A DNA stretch of 52,107 bases. Source: Candidatus Fervidifonticultor quintus (GTDB lineage Bacteria; Sysuimicrobiota; Sysuimicrobiia; Sysuimicrobiales; Humicultoraceae). This document shows, piece after piece, positions 29,657 to 38,743 of this stretch; within the stretch, counting starts at the first letter, position 1; each line of letters opens with the position of its first letter. Under the pieces are notes generated by a model. The model was not told where the DNA came from. It did no database searches and saw only the letters and a program-made list of their open reading frames with translations. The stretch is taken from NCBI GenBank assembly GCA_031459535.1, contig JAVKIJ010000011.1:1-52107 (forward strand), in the 5' to 3' direction. Made by a program: the position numbers and the translations under genes.

Positions 29657-31159
29657 ATGCGGTACTGGTGGGGATCGTGTATGGTGGTGCTCGTGCTGGT
29701 GGTCGTGACGATGATGGCCATGGCCGGGCCCGCGGCGCCGCCGGGTGTGCTGCGGGTCGCCTACTACCAGCGCGTGGTTTCGCTGGACGCCCACGGGCCG
29801 GCGGCTGCTGAGCGCGCGGTCATCATCCTGGGCCGGCACCTGTATGACACACTGGTCACCTGGGATCCGGCCGCCAAGAAGTTCCAGCCCGCGCTGGCGA
29901 TCCGGTGGCGCACCCTGGATCCGACCACGTGGAGTTTCGAACTGCGGCGCGGGGTGCGGTTCCACGACGGGCAGGAGTTCACCGCTGCGGCCGTCAAGAC
30001 GTCCGTGGAACGCGCCGTACAGTTCCGCGGCCCGTTGAGTCCCTTGTTCACGCCCATCGTGTCGGTCGACGCCTCGGACCCCTACCGGGTCCTGATGAAG
30101 ACCCAAGCGCCCATGGGGACGCTGCTCTCGAACCTCACGATGCTCAACATCGTGCCGGCTGGCACCCCGCCCACGCCGGCGTTCGGGGAGCGGCCGGTGG
30201 GCACGGGCCCGTTCAGATTCGTGGAGTTCGTGCGCGACACCCGGGTGGTGCTCGAGGCCAACCCCCACTACTGGCGGCAAGGGGTTCCCAGGCTCCAGCG
30301 CCTCATCTTCGTGGACATCCCCGAGGTGTCCGGGCGCATCACCGCCCTGGAGACCGGTGAGATCGACATGACCACCGCGCTGCCCCCCGAAGAGATCAAG
30401 CGACTGCGCGGCAACCCGGCCATCAAGATCGACATCGGCCCCACCTACTTCACCCGGTTCCTGTGGATCAACCCCACCAAGAAACCCTACGATGACCCCC
30501 GGGTCCGCAAGGCGCTCCAGCACGCGTTCAATATCGAAGCTATCACCGCATCGCTGCTGGCGGGGATCGCCAAGCCCGCGCGGGGTCCGATCGCCAGCAA
30601 CGTGGTGTGCGCGGCGCAGTTGCCGCCCTACGGCTACAACACCACCCTGGCCCGCAAGCTCCTGGCCGAAGCCGGGTACCCGCGCGGCTTCGAGACCGTG
30701 ATGAAGTGGAACGATGCCAACCCCAAGGAACGGGAAGTGGCCGACGCCATCGTAGGCCAGCTGGCCTTGATCGGCGTGCGCGTGCAGAGCGTGCTGCAGC
30801 CCCGCGCCATCTGGCTGGACGACCTGATCAAGCTCAACTGGGAATTGAACCTGCTCGGGACCGGTGCGGTGACCGGCGACGCGGACTTCACGCTGGGCCG
30901 CCTGTACCATTCGCGGGCCAACCGGACCGGTTACGCCAATCCCGAGGTGGACCGGCTGCTGGAGCAGGCCGCGGCTACCGTGGATCAGACCAAGCGCTGT
31001 GACCTCTACAGGCGCGTGCAGGAGATCCTCTGGCAGGAAGGACCGGCGGTGTTCCTGTTCGAGTCCCTGGAGAGCTACGCGTACCGTACCCGGGTGCAGA
31101 ACTTCAAGGTGCCACCCAGCGAAATCTTCACCTTCAGCGAGCTCTCCGTGTCCCCGTAG
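29657..31159 (+). CDS. ABC transporter substrate-binding protein, family 5 (Opp/Dpp/Nik)
   Basis: Signal peptide, LR.GV.FHDG..FTA, PVGTGPF, DPRVRKAL, NPEVD.LL. Confidence 0.92.
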   Translation: MRYWWGSCMVVLVLVVVTMMAMAGPAAPPGVLRVAYYQRVVSLDAHGPAAAERAVIILGRHLYDTLVTWDPAAKKFQPALAIRWRTLDPTTWSFELRRGVRFHDGQEFTAAAVKTSVERAVQFRGPLSPLFTPIVSVDASDPYRVLMKTQAPMGTLLSNLTMLNIVPAGTPPTPAFGERPVGTGPFRFVEFVRDTRVVLEANPHYWRQGVPRLQRLIFVDIPEVSGRITALETGEIDMTTALPPEEIKRLRGNPAIKIDIGPTYFTRFLWINPTKKPYDDPRVRKALQHAFNIEAITASLLAGIAKPARGPIASNVVCAAQLPPYGYNTTLARKLLAEAGYPRGFETVMKWNDANPKEREVADAIVGQLALIGVRVQSVLQPRAIWLDDLIKLNWELNLLGTGAVTGDADFTLGRLYHSRANRTGYANPEVDRLLEQAAATVDQTKRCDLYRRVQEILWQEGPAVFLFESLESYAYRTRVQNFKVPPSEIFTFSELSVSP

Positions 31160-31169
31160 CGCGTAGCGA

Positions 31170-31195
31170 GGGGGCGCGCGACACCGCGTGCCCCC
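31170..31195 (+). other. Intergenic hairpin after the SBP gene (mRNA stabiliser or partial terminator)
   Basis: gggggcgcgcg-acac-cgcgtgccccc. Confidence 0.45.
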
Positions 31196-31211
31196 GGGGA
31201 CGCCCGATCCT

Positions 31212-32132
31212 ATGGGTCGCTATCTCGCCCGCCGTGCGCTGGCCGCCCTGGTGGTCATCTGGGGTGTGCTCACCGTGATCTTTGTGGTCGTGCGGGTAGT
31301 GCCCGGCGACCCGGCGGCGGTCCTCCTCGGCACCCATGCGACAACGGACATGGTAGCCGAGCAGCGGGCCAAGATGGGCCTCGATCGCCCCCTGGCCGTG
31401 CAGTACGTCCTTTTCCTGCGCCAGGCAGTCGCAGGCGACTGGGGCCGGTCGTACCACGAGAACCGGCCGGCCTTCGCTATGGTGGTGGAACGGATGCCGG
31501 CGACCGCGGAGCTGGCCCTGGCCTCCCTGGCGCTGACCATCGTGGTCAGCTTCGGGCTCGGCACTGCGGCGGCGCGATGGGTGCAGTCGCCGGCTGACCG
31601 CGCGGTCGGCGTCATCTCCTTGGTTGGCCAGGCGGTGCCGAACTTCTGGCTGGGGTTGGTGCTGATTCTGGTCTTCGCGCGCAACCTGCACTGGCTGCCG
31701 TCGTTCGGCCGGGGGTCAGCATGGCACCTGGTGCTCCCCACGGTGACGCTCTCGGTGCAACTGATCGGCGTCATGACCCGGCTGATCCGGGCCGGCGTCC
31801 TGGAGACCGCCGGCCAGGACTACGTGCGCACTGCGCGTGCCAAGGGCGTGGCCGAGCCCGGTGTCCTGCTCCGGCACGTCTACCGCAACATGCTCATCCC
31901 GGTGGTGACCATGCTGGGGCTGCAGCTCGGCGCGTTGCTGGGCGGCGTGGTGGTCATCGAGATGGTCTTTGCGTGGCCCGGCCTGGGCCGGCTGATCGTG
32001 ACGGCCATCAACAACCGCGACTACCCCGTGGTCCAGGCGGCGGTGACGTTCACCGCGGTGATCTTCGTGGTGCTCAATCTCCTCGTGGACCTGACCTACG
32101 GGTACCTCGACCCGCGCATCCGGTATCAGTGA
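31212..32132 (+). CDS. ABC transporter permease (DppB/OppB-like)
   Basis: PGDPA, GLDRPL.VQY, PNFWLG, DYVRTARAKG, FAWPGLG, RDYPVVQ, LDPRIR. Confidence 0.93.
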   Translation: MGRYLARRALAALVVIWGVLTVIFVVVRVVPGDPAAVLLGTHATTDMVAEQRAKMGLDRPLAVQYVLFLRQAVAGDWGRSYHENRPAFAMVVERMPATAELALASLALTIVVSFGLGTAAARWVQSPADRAVGVISLVGQAVPNFWLGLVLILVFARNLHWLPSFGRGSAWHLVLPTVTLSVQLIGVMTRLIRAGVLETAGQDYVRTARAKGVAEPGVLLRHVYRNMLIPVVTMLGLQLGALLGGVVVIEMVFAWPGLGRLIVTAINNRDYPVVQAAVTFTAVIFVVLNLLVDLTYGYLDPRIRYQ

Positions 32133-33031
32133 TGATGCGTTCGGGGTTAGCAGTTCGTCCCCAGTCGGCGATTGCGGCCCGGCCCCGCCGGCTCCTGACC
32201 TCCACGCGGAAGGGCCGGCGCGTCGTCGTCGCCGCTCTGGCCCTGGGGCTGGCGGTGGTCCTGGGCATGCTGGGACCGGTGGTGATCCCGTACGATCCGC
32301 TGTCGCTGCGACTCGAAGCCCGCCTCCAGCCGCCCGGCGCACGGCTGCCCGATGGATCGGTGGCGTGGCTTGGCACCGATCAGTTGGGCCGGGATCTGTT
32401 GCGACAAATCGTGCACGGCGCGCGGGTGTCCATGCTGGTGGCCGGGAGCACCGTGGTGATCGCCGGGGTCCTGGGGACGGTGCTGGGCCTCCTGGCCGGG
32501 TACTACGGGGGCGCGGCGGACATGGCCATCATGCGCCTGGTAGACCTGCAACTGGCGTTTCCGCCGCTGTTGCTGGCCATCCTGATTGCGGCCATGATGG
32601 GGCCCTCGATCGCCAACGTGATCCTCACCCTTTCGGTCATTCGCTGGGCGGTCTTCGCCCGCCTGGTGCACGGATCGGTGCTCTCGCTGCGCGAGCAAGA
32701 GTTCGTGGAGGCGGCCAGGGCCGTGGGCGCCAGCCACCGGCGCGTGATGATGGGGCACATCCTGCCCAACACCCTGACGCCCATTGTCATCCTGGCGACG
32801 TTGCAGATCGCGCTGCAGATGCTGGCGGAGGCGGCGCTGAGCTTCCTGGGGCTGGGAATCCCCCATCCGCTGCCTTCCTGGGGCGTGACCATCAGCCAGG
32901 GCCGAGACTACCTGCAAAACGCGTGGTGGATCGCCACGATCCCCGGCGGCATCATGACCCTGGTGGTACTGAGTGCCGGGCTCTTCGGCGACGCGCTGCG
33001 CGACTATCTGGACCCGCGCTTCCGGTACTAG
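32129..33031 (+). CDS. ABC transporter permease (DppC/OppC-like)
   Basis: LGTDQLGRD, EFVEAARAVGA, HILPN, EAALSFLGLG, GDALRDYLDPR. Confidence 0.93.
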   Translation: MMMRSGLAVRPQSAIAARPRRLLTSTRKGRRVVVAALALGLAVVLGMLGPVVIPYDPLSLRLEARLQPPGARLPDGSVAWLGTDQLGRDLLRQIVHGARVSMLVAGSTVVIAGVLGTVLGLLAGYYGGAADMAIMRLVDLQLAFPPLLLAILIAAMMGPSIANVILTLSVIRWAVFARLVHGSVLSLREQEFVEAARAVGASHRRVMMGHILPNTLTPIVILATLQIALQMLAEAALSFLGLGIPHPLPSWGVTISQGRDYLQNAWWIATIPGGIMTLVVLSAGLFGDALRDYLDPRFRY

Positions 33032-33078
33032 CCCCAGACCGTTGGAGTCTGCGGGTGACCTGACAACGGAGGGACGTC

Positions 33079-34077
33079 ATGATACCTCTGCGCTTCGCGG
33101 TCATCGGTGTCGGCGCGTGGGGCCAGCGTCACGCCGCCACACTGGCGGCCATCGCCGCCCAGACCGGTCTCGTGCGCCTCGTGGCCCTGGCCGACCCGGA
33201 CGAGGCGCGCCGCAACGCCCAGGCCGCTTCGCTGGGGGTCCGGGTGTACGGCACGTGGCAGCACCTGTTCGAGAACGAGGACCTCGACGCTGCCTGCGTG
33301 TGCACGCCCGACCAGCACCACGTGGAGGTGACGCTGGCCGGCCTGGCGCGCGGGCTGCATCTGCTGGTGGAGAAGCCCCTGGCGCTCGCCGCCTCCGACG
33401 CCGCTCGGCTCGCTTCTGCGGCGCGCGCGGCGAACCGGGTGGTGACTGTCGGTCACATCCTGCGATTCGTGCCCCAGTACCGCGCGGCCCGCGAGGCGGT
33501 GGAGGACGGCCGGCTCGGGGACTTGATCCATCTGATTGCGCGGCGCTACAGCCTCGTCACCAGCGGCGAACGCATCGCCGGCCGGGCCTCGCTGGCCATG
33601 TTCCAGGCGATCCACGACCTGGACATGCTTCGGTGGCTCGGTGGTCCGGTGACGCGGGTGTATGCTGAGGCATCGGCGCGGCTGCTGCGGCGGTTCGGGG
33701 TGGCCGATACGGTGTGCGCCACGCTGCGCTTCGCGAGCGGGGCGGTGGGCGCGCTGGAGTGCTCGTGGGCCCTGCCTCGCGAGTCGCCCGCCCTGCTCGA
33801 ACAGGAACTGGACATCGTGGGCTCAGCGGGCCGCGTGCACCTGCGGTCGTCCGACGAGGGCCTCGCTATCACCGCTGACGGCGCATACCGGACGCCCCAC
33901 CTTTCGCTGCTGGGCGCGACCCCCGACGCCCTCCGGGCCGAGCTACTGAGCTTCATCGAAGCCATTCGGGGTGGCAGCCCACCGGCCGTGGACGTTGACG
34001 ACGCGGTGGAGGCCGTGCGGCTGGCCGAGGCGGTTGACCGGTCGTTGCTGACCGATCAGCCGGTGGACCTGACATAG
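33079..34077 (+). CDS. Gfo/Idh/MocA family NAD(P)-dependent oxidoreductase
   Basis: VIGVGAWG, CTPD.HH, LVEKPLA, GHILRF, IHDLD. Confidence 0.9.
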   Translation: MIPLRFAVIGVGAWGQRHAATLAAIAAQTGLVRLVALADPDEARRNAQAASLGVRVYGTWQHLFENEDLDAACVCTPDQHHVEVTLAGLARGLHLLVEKPLALAASDAARLASAARAANRVVTVGHILRFVPQYRAAREAVEDGRLGDLIHLIARRYSLVTSGERIAGRASLAMFQAIHDLDMLRWLGGPVTRVYAEASARLLRRFGVADTVCATLRFASGAVGALECSWALPRESPALLEQELDIVGSAGRVHLRSSDEGLAITADGAYRTPHLSLLGATPDALRAELLSFIEAIRGGSPPAVDVDDAVEAVRLAEAVDRSLLTDQPVDLT

Positions 34078-34089
34078 CGTCGTGCCACG

Positions 34090-35277
34090 TCAGGCCGATG
34101 ACAGCGGCCGCACCCACCGCCCGGCCTGCATGACGGCCAGCGGCCGCGCAAGCACGCCCGGGTCCTCGCGCGGATCGCCGGCGAGCACCACGAGGTCGGC
34201 GAGCGCGCCGGGCCGCAGCCTGCCCAGGTCGCCGCGCCCCAACGCGGCGGCCGCCTCCCGGCCAGCCGCCGCCAGCGCCGCGTCAACGGGCAGGCCGCAG
34301 GCGATCAGCGCCTGGATCTCGGCGGCAACGCTGCCGTGGGGTGTGTATGCCACCCCTGCGTCGGTGCCCGCGACGATCCGCACGCCGTATCGCGCGGCTG
34401 CCCGGACGGCGGCGCGCCTGGCGTCAAAGCGGTCGGCGATTGCCGACCGCCGTGCGTCGGGCAGCGGCTGGGCCAGGGCCGCCACCGCAGGCGCCAGCGT
34501 CGGCACCAGGGCAATGCCCCGCTCGGCCATGAGCCGTAGCGAGGCCTCTGACGCGTAGCTGCCATGCTCGATGCTGCGTACCCCGGCGGCGATGGCCTGG
34601 CGGATTCCGGCGTCTGCGTGCGCGTGGCAGGCCACCGGCAGTCCGGCCGTCTCGGCCGCGTGGGTTATCGCCGCGAACTCTTCATCGGAGAACTGGCAGC
34701 CGAGCGGGTCGGTCTGCGGGCTGGAGCCTCCGCCCGTGGCCATGATCTTCACCAGATCGACATCGGCGCGGCGAAGGGCGTCCACCGCGCGGCAGACAGC
34801 GCCGACACCCGCCACGGCGCCTCCCATCTCGTGCCCGTGGCCGCCAGGAACCGTCACAGGCGCCCCGCTGGCGATGATGCGGGGGCCGGCGCAGGCGCCC
34901 CGGGCGACGGCGTCCCGCAGCGCCACAATCAACGCTGTCGGAGCGCCCAGGTCGCGGACTGTGGTCACACCGGCCCAGAGCGTCTGCGCCGCGTGGCGGC
35001 CCATGCGTTCCAGCACTGCGGCCGGGGTGGCCTCACGCAACGAGGCCAGGGGATCCGGGCCCGCGTCCAGGCAAAGGTGGACGTGTGCGTCAATCAGACC
35101 GGGCGCCACCACAGAGCCGCGCAGCGCCTGGACCCTCGCAGGCGCCCTCAAGCCCGGCTCGACGACGCGGCCGCCGGCGATCCAGAGCTCGGGGGCCACC
35201 GGTCCGCCATCCAGAGACTCCAGAACCCGGCATTCGCAGAGGACGAGCACCTGACCGTCGGGGTCCTGGGCGCGCAT
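34090..35277 (-). CDS. Metal-dependent amidohydrolase (prolidase-like subgroup)
   Basis: PGLIDAHVH, GVTTVRDLG, GGHG, KIMATGG, CHAH, SIEHG, AGTDAG, ADLVVL.GDP. Confidence 0.9.
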   Translation of the reverse strand: MRAQDPDGQVLVLCECRVLESLDGGPVAPELWIAGGRVVEPGLRAPARVQALRGSVVAPGLIDAHVHLCLDAGPDPLASLREATPAAVLERMGRHAAQTLWAGVTTVRDLGAPTALIVALRDAVARGACAGPRIIASGAPVTVPGGHGHEMGGAVAGVGAVCRAVDALRRADVDLVKIMATGGGSSPQTDPLGCQFSDEEFAAITHAAETAGLPVACHAHADAGIRQAIAAGVRSIEHGSYASEASLRLMAERGIALVPTLAPAVAALAQPLPDARRSAIADRFDARRAAVRAAARYGVRIVAGTDAGVAYTPHGSVAAEIQALIACGLPVDAALAAAGREAAAALGRGDLGRLRPGALADLVVLAGDPREDPGVLARPLAVMQAGRWVRPLSSA

Positions 35278-35286
35278 GCGCCGGGG

Positions 35287-36414
35287 CTAGCAGGCCACGC
35301 GAAAGCGGCGGATCACCTCGGGATCGAGCTCAATACCCAGCCCGACCCCGGAGGGTACGGGAATCTGCCCGTCGACCATCTGGCGTGGGCCGCCCACGGG
35401 TTCGCGGGCCAGATGCTCCCGCAGCGGGTTAGGGGTGTAGATGCACTCGTAGGTCCAGAAGTTGGGCGCCGCTGCGGCCAGGTGTAGCGTCGCCGCCACG
35501 CACACCGCCGCCGAGAACCCCACGTGGGGCGCATACCGCACGTGGTGGGCGTCCGCCAGGACGATCATCTTCTGCGTTTCGCTGATCCCGCCGGCCCTGG
35601 CCACGTCGGGCTGGAGGACATCGATCACCTGGCGGGAGAGCAGCTCGCGGACCCCGTACCGAGAAAACTCTGCCTCACCTGCCGCCAGGGGTATGGACGT
35701 CGCAGCCCGGATGCGCTGGTAGCCCTCCAGGTCGTCGGCGACGACCGGCTCCTCGAACCACGCGATACGCAGGTGCTCGACGCGGCGGGCCAGGTCAATC
35801 GCCTCGGGGGCGCGGTAGGCGCCGTTGGCGTCGATCATCAGCTCGACCTGCTCCCCCACCGCGCGGCGGATCGCTGCGAGTGTGGCAGCGTCTTCGGCGA
35901 CACCGACCCCAACCTTGACCTTGATGGCGCGGAACCCTTGCTCCGCCAGGGACGCCGCATCGGCGACCATCCCGGCCGGGTCCCGTTGCATCACCGATGA
36001 GGCATACGCGTCAAGTCGGGTGCGCGTCGCGCCGCCGAGGAGGGCGTAGAGGGGCAGCCCCACGGCCCGGGCTTTCAGGTCCCACAGCGCGATGTCGATG
36101 CCGGCGATGCCCTCCACCAGCATGCCCCGGTGGTGTCCGGAGAACGACCGCAGATCGCGGAACATGGACATCCAGAGCCGCTCGGTGTCAAAGGGGTCAG
36201 CGCCGATCACCAGGGGCGCCAGCAGGTCCTCCACAATCGCGGCCCACACGCGCGGCGAGTAACGGGCCAGGGACTCCCCGTAGCCGACCAGGCCCGTATC
36301 GGATCGCACCTCCACCAGGTTGGTGGCGAGCGTCGTGAACGTGGCCACGCCGGTACGTTGGGGCTCGTCCAGGGTGACGCGTAGCGGGATCGCACGAACC
36401 GATGCGACGCGCAT
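35287..36414 (-). CDS. Mandelate racemase/muconate lactonizing enzyme family (acid dehydratase/racemase)
   Basis: GIDIALWDL, KVK, IDAN, WFEEP, AAGE, QPD, APH. Confidence 0.9.
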   Translation of the reverse strand: MRVASVRAIPLRVTLDEPQRTGVATFTTLATNLVEVRSDTGLVGYGESLARYSPRVWAAIVEDLLAPLVIGADPFDTERLWMSMFRDLRSFSGHHRGMLVEGIAGIDIALWDLKARAVGLPLYALLGGATRTRLDAYASSVMQRDPAGMVADAASLAEQGFRAIKVKVGVGVAEDAATLAAIRRAVGEQVELMIDANGAYRAPEAIDLARRVEHLRIAWFEEPVVADDLEGYQRIRAATSIPLAAGEAEFSRYGVRELLSRQVIDVLQPDVARAGGISETQKMIVLADAHHVRYAPHVGFSAAVCVAATLHLAAAAPNFWTYECIYTPNPLREHLAREPVGGPRQMVDGQIPVPSGVGLGIELDPEVIRRFRVAC

Positions 36415-36426
36415 GACGATGCGATC

Positions 36427-37092
36427 CTAAAAGCGCTTGTACTGCATGTACAGGTCCGCCACCGACTCCCGGTTGCGCACGCGGCGGCGGACTTCGTCCT
36501 CTTCGGCCACGATCTGCTCGGCCTCCAGCAGGATTTCGACGGCCAGGTCCGCTGGCACCACCACCACGCCGTCGGCGTCGCCGACGACGAAGTCGCCGGG
36601 CCGCACGGGCACCCCGCCGATGGTCACCGGACAATCGAAGTCCACGACGTTCCACCGGCCTTTCGCATCGGCAGGCGAGCGGAACTTGCAGAAGACCGGG
36701 AAGCCCAGGTCCAGAATCGCCCGCACGTCTCGCACCCCACCGTCGATCACCGCGCCGGTGCCGCCCCGCACCATGGTGCCGTGGGTGAGCAGCTCGCCCC
36801 AGTGGCCGGTGACCTCCTCGCCCGAGCAGTCCATGACCACGACGGAGTGTGGCCGCACGGCATCCACGGCCTTGACGCCCTTGCGGATGGCGCGCTCGGT
36901 GCTGCGCTCCGGACGGCCGAGCATGGTGAACGCCGGGCCCGCGACGCGCATCTGGAAGGTGAGCGGTTGAATCCGGCGATCCACGATCTGATGCCACAGC
37001 CCCTTCTCGTCCAACGCATCGGCCACGGCAGCGACATAGAGCCTGCCGTAGCGCCCGCACATTTCTTCGAGGGACATCGCGGTGCCCGACAT
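36427..37092 (-). CDS. RraA family / HMG-CHA aldolase-like protein
   Basis: VADALD, VAGPAFT, WGEL, VIDGGVRD, VRPGD.VVGD.DGVVVVP; GAGGAGGT SD. Confidence 0.88.
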   Translation of the reverse strand: MSGTAMSLEEMCGRYGRLYVAAVADALDEKGLWHQIVDRRIQPLTFQMRVAGPAFTMLGRPERSTERAIRKGVKAVDAVRPHSVVVMDCSGEEVTGHWGELLTHGTMVRGGTGAVIDGGVRDVRAILDLGFPVFCKFRSPADAKGRWNVVDFDCPVTIGGVPVRPGDFVVGDADGVVVVPADLAVEILLEAEQIVAEEDEVRRRVRNRESVADLYMQYKRF

Positions 37093-37124
37093 CAGGACCT
37101 CCTCGGACACGTGAGATCAGCCGA

Positions 37125-38156
37125 TCAGGTGGCGCCCAGAAGGCTTGGGGCCGGGCCAGCCAGCGCGTCGCCGTGCAAGAAGACGTTGGGCGCCCCTCCG
37201 GTATGGATGAAGACCACTGTGGCGTCGCGCCCGATCTCTCCACGGCGGACGGCCGCGGTGAGGGCCGCCCAGGCCTTGCCGGTGTAGATGGGGTCCAGGA
37301 GCAGCCCCTCCGCATCCGCTGCCAGCCGGACCGCATCCAGACTCTCCGGCGTCGGAATCCCATATCCGGGCCCGATGTGGTTGTCAGTCATGGCGATCTC
37401 CTGCTCGGCGGGGAGGGACGACACGCCGAGCAGGGCGGCCGCGTCGCGCAGATGGGCGGTGATGAGCCGCCGCAGGTCGGAGGCAGGGAGGTTCACCGAG
37501 ACACCCAGGATGCGTGGCCGCATCTGCGCCAGGTGCAAGCCCAGCAACAGCCCGGCATGGGTGCCGCCGGATCCGACGGCCACGACCACAGTGTCGGGCA
37601 CGACCTCTTGTTCCGACAGCTGCCGCGCCAGCTCCAATGCGCCCGCCACGTAACCGAGCGCGGCCAGGCCTCCAGAGTAGGTGGGGAGATGCACCAGGTA
37701 CGGCTGGCCGCCGCGGCGGCGCACGTCGGCGGCGACCTCGTCCATGACCGCCAGCGTGGTAGGCGCTAGAGGGTCCTCGGTCCCAACGTATCGGATGTCG
37801 GCTCCAAACAGCCGCATGAGCAACAGGTTTCCACGTGAGGGCGCCTGGGGCCGTCCGCGGACCACCAGCACCGATGCCATCCCCAACCGTCGGGCCGCCG
37901 CCGCGGTCAGGCGCAGGAAGTTCGACTGGGCGCCCGCGGTGGTAATCACCGTGTCGGCGCCACGCGCCAGTGCGTCACCCAGCAAGAACTCCAGTTTGCG
38001 CACCTTGTTGCCGCCCAGGACCAGATCGGTGAGGTCGTCGCGCTTGACCAGCAGCCGCGCCACACCCAGCCGCCGGGCCAGGCGTGGGGCGTCCTCCAGC
38101 GGCGTGGGCCAGCGCGACAGCCGCGCGCGAGGCAGGCGATCAAGATGCATGGTCAT
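37125..38156 (-). CDS. PLP-dependent D-cysteine desulfhydrase / cysteate sulfo-lyase family enzyme
   Basis: KRDD...GGNKVRKLEF, QSN, GSGGTHAG, LDPIYTGKA, FIHTGG. Confidence 0.88.
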   Translation of the reverse strand: MTMHLDRLPRARLSRWPTPLEDAPRLARRLGVARLLVKRDDLTDLVLGGNKVRKLEFLLGDALARGADTVITTAGAQSNFLRLTAAAARRLGMASVLVVRGRPQAPSRGNLLLMRLFGADIRYVGTEDPLAPTTLAVMDEVAADVRRRGGQPYLVHLPTYSGGLAALGYVAGALELARQLSEQEVVPDTVVVAVGSGGTHAGLLLGLHLAQMRPRILGVSVNLPASDLRRLITAHLRDAAALLGVSSLPAEQEIAMTDNHIGPGYGIPTPESLDAVRLAADAEGLLLDPIYTGKAWAALTAAVRRGEIGRDATVVFIHTGGAPNVFLHGDALAGPAPSLLGAT

Positions 38157-38162
38157 CGTGCG

Positions 38163-38187
38163 CTTCTCTAGCCACAGCGGACTTCCT
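38163..38187 (-). promoter_or_regulatory. Putative sigma-H-like promoter, leaderless, for the island minus-strand operon
   Basis: Minus strand AGGAAGT-N11-AGAGAAG; ATG 38156 follows 6 nt later. Confidence 0.5.
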
Positions 38188-38194
38188 TCCCGCG

Positions 38195-38223
38195 TTGAAG
38201 GCCCGACCGCCGCGTGCTATCGT
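38195..38223 (+). promoter_or_regulatory. sigmaA-type promoter of def operon
   Basis: TTGAAG, 17 nt, TATCGT with TG extension; ATG 10 nt downstream. Confidence 0.55.
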
Positions 38224-38233
38224 GGTGGGCGGT

Positions 38234-38743
38234 ATGAACGAGATCTTCGAGATCGTGACCGTCCAGGGCCCGAAGGCCGCGATCCTCCGAAGAAAGGCGA
38301 GGCCGGTGGGGAAGGTGACCCGAGACGTCCAGCGTTTGCTGGAGCAGATGCTGGCCACCATGCAGGCCGCCAACGGCCTGGGTCTGGCAGCTCCCCAAAT
38401 CGGCGAGAGCGTCCGTGCCTTCGTCGCGAAGGTCGAGGACCGGACCGTCATGCTGGTGGATCCCGAGATCGTGCACGCGTCCGGCGAGGAGATCGCCACG
38501 GAAGCGTGCCTCTCGATCCCGGGGGTGATCGGCGATGTGCCCCGGGCCACGGCGATCGTCGTGCGCGGGAAGAACCGGCGCGGCCGGCGAGTCAGCATCG
38601 CAGCCGAGGGCTTGCTGGCCCGCGTGATCCAGCACGAGATCGACCATCTGGACGGCATTCTCTTTCCCGATCGAGTTCGTGACCAGAGTACGATCCGGAT
38701 CATCACCCGCGACGAAGAGCCCGAGCCGGTCGCGGCCACATGA
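38234..38743 (+). CDS. def: Peptide deformylase
   Basis: GLGLAAPQ, EACLS, QHEIDHLDG. Confidence 0.95.
   Translation: MNEIFEIVTVQGPKAAILRRKARPVGKVTRDVQRLLEQMLATMQAANGLGLAAPQIGESVRAFVAKVEDRTVMLVDPEIVHASGEEIATEACLSIPGVIGDVPRATAIVVRGKNRRGRRVSIAAEGLLARVIQHEIDHLDGILFPDRVRDQSTIRIITRDEEPEPVAAT

Noticed and set aside
37125-38156. ACC deaminase (acdS) call
   Set aside because: Has YTGK and HTGG rather than the YEGK and HLGG residues diagnostic of true ACC deaminases
26716-38233. Island as a recently mobile element
   Set aside because: No transposase, integrase or boundary repeats, and composition looks like the flanks
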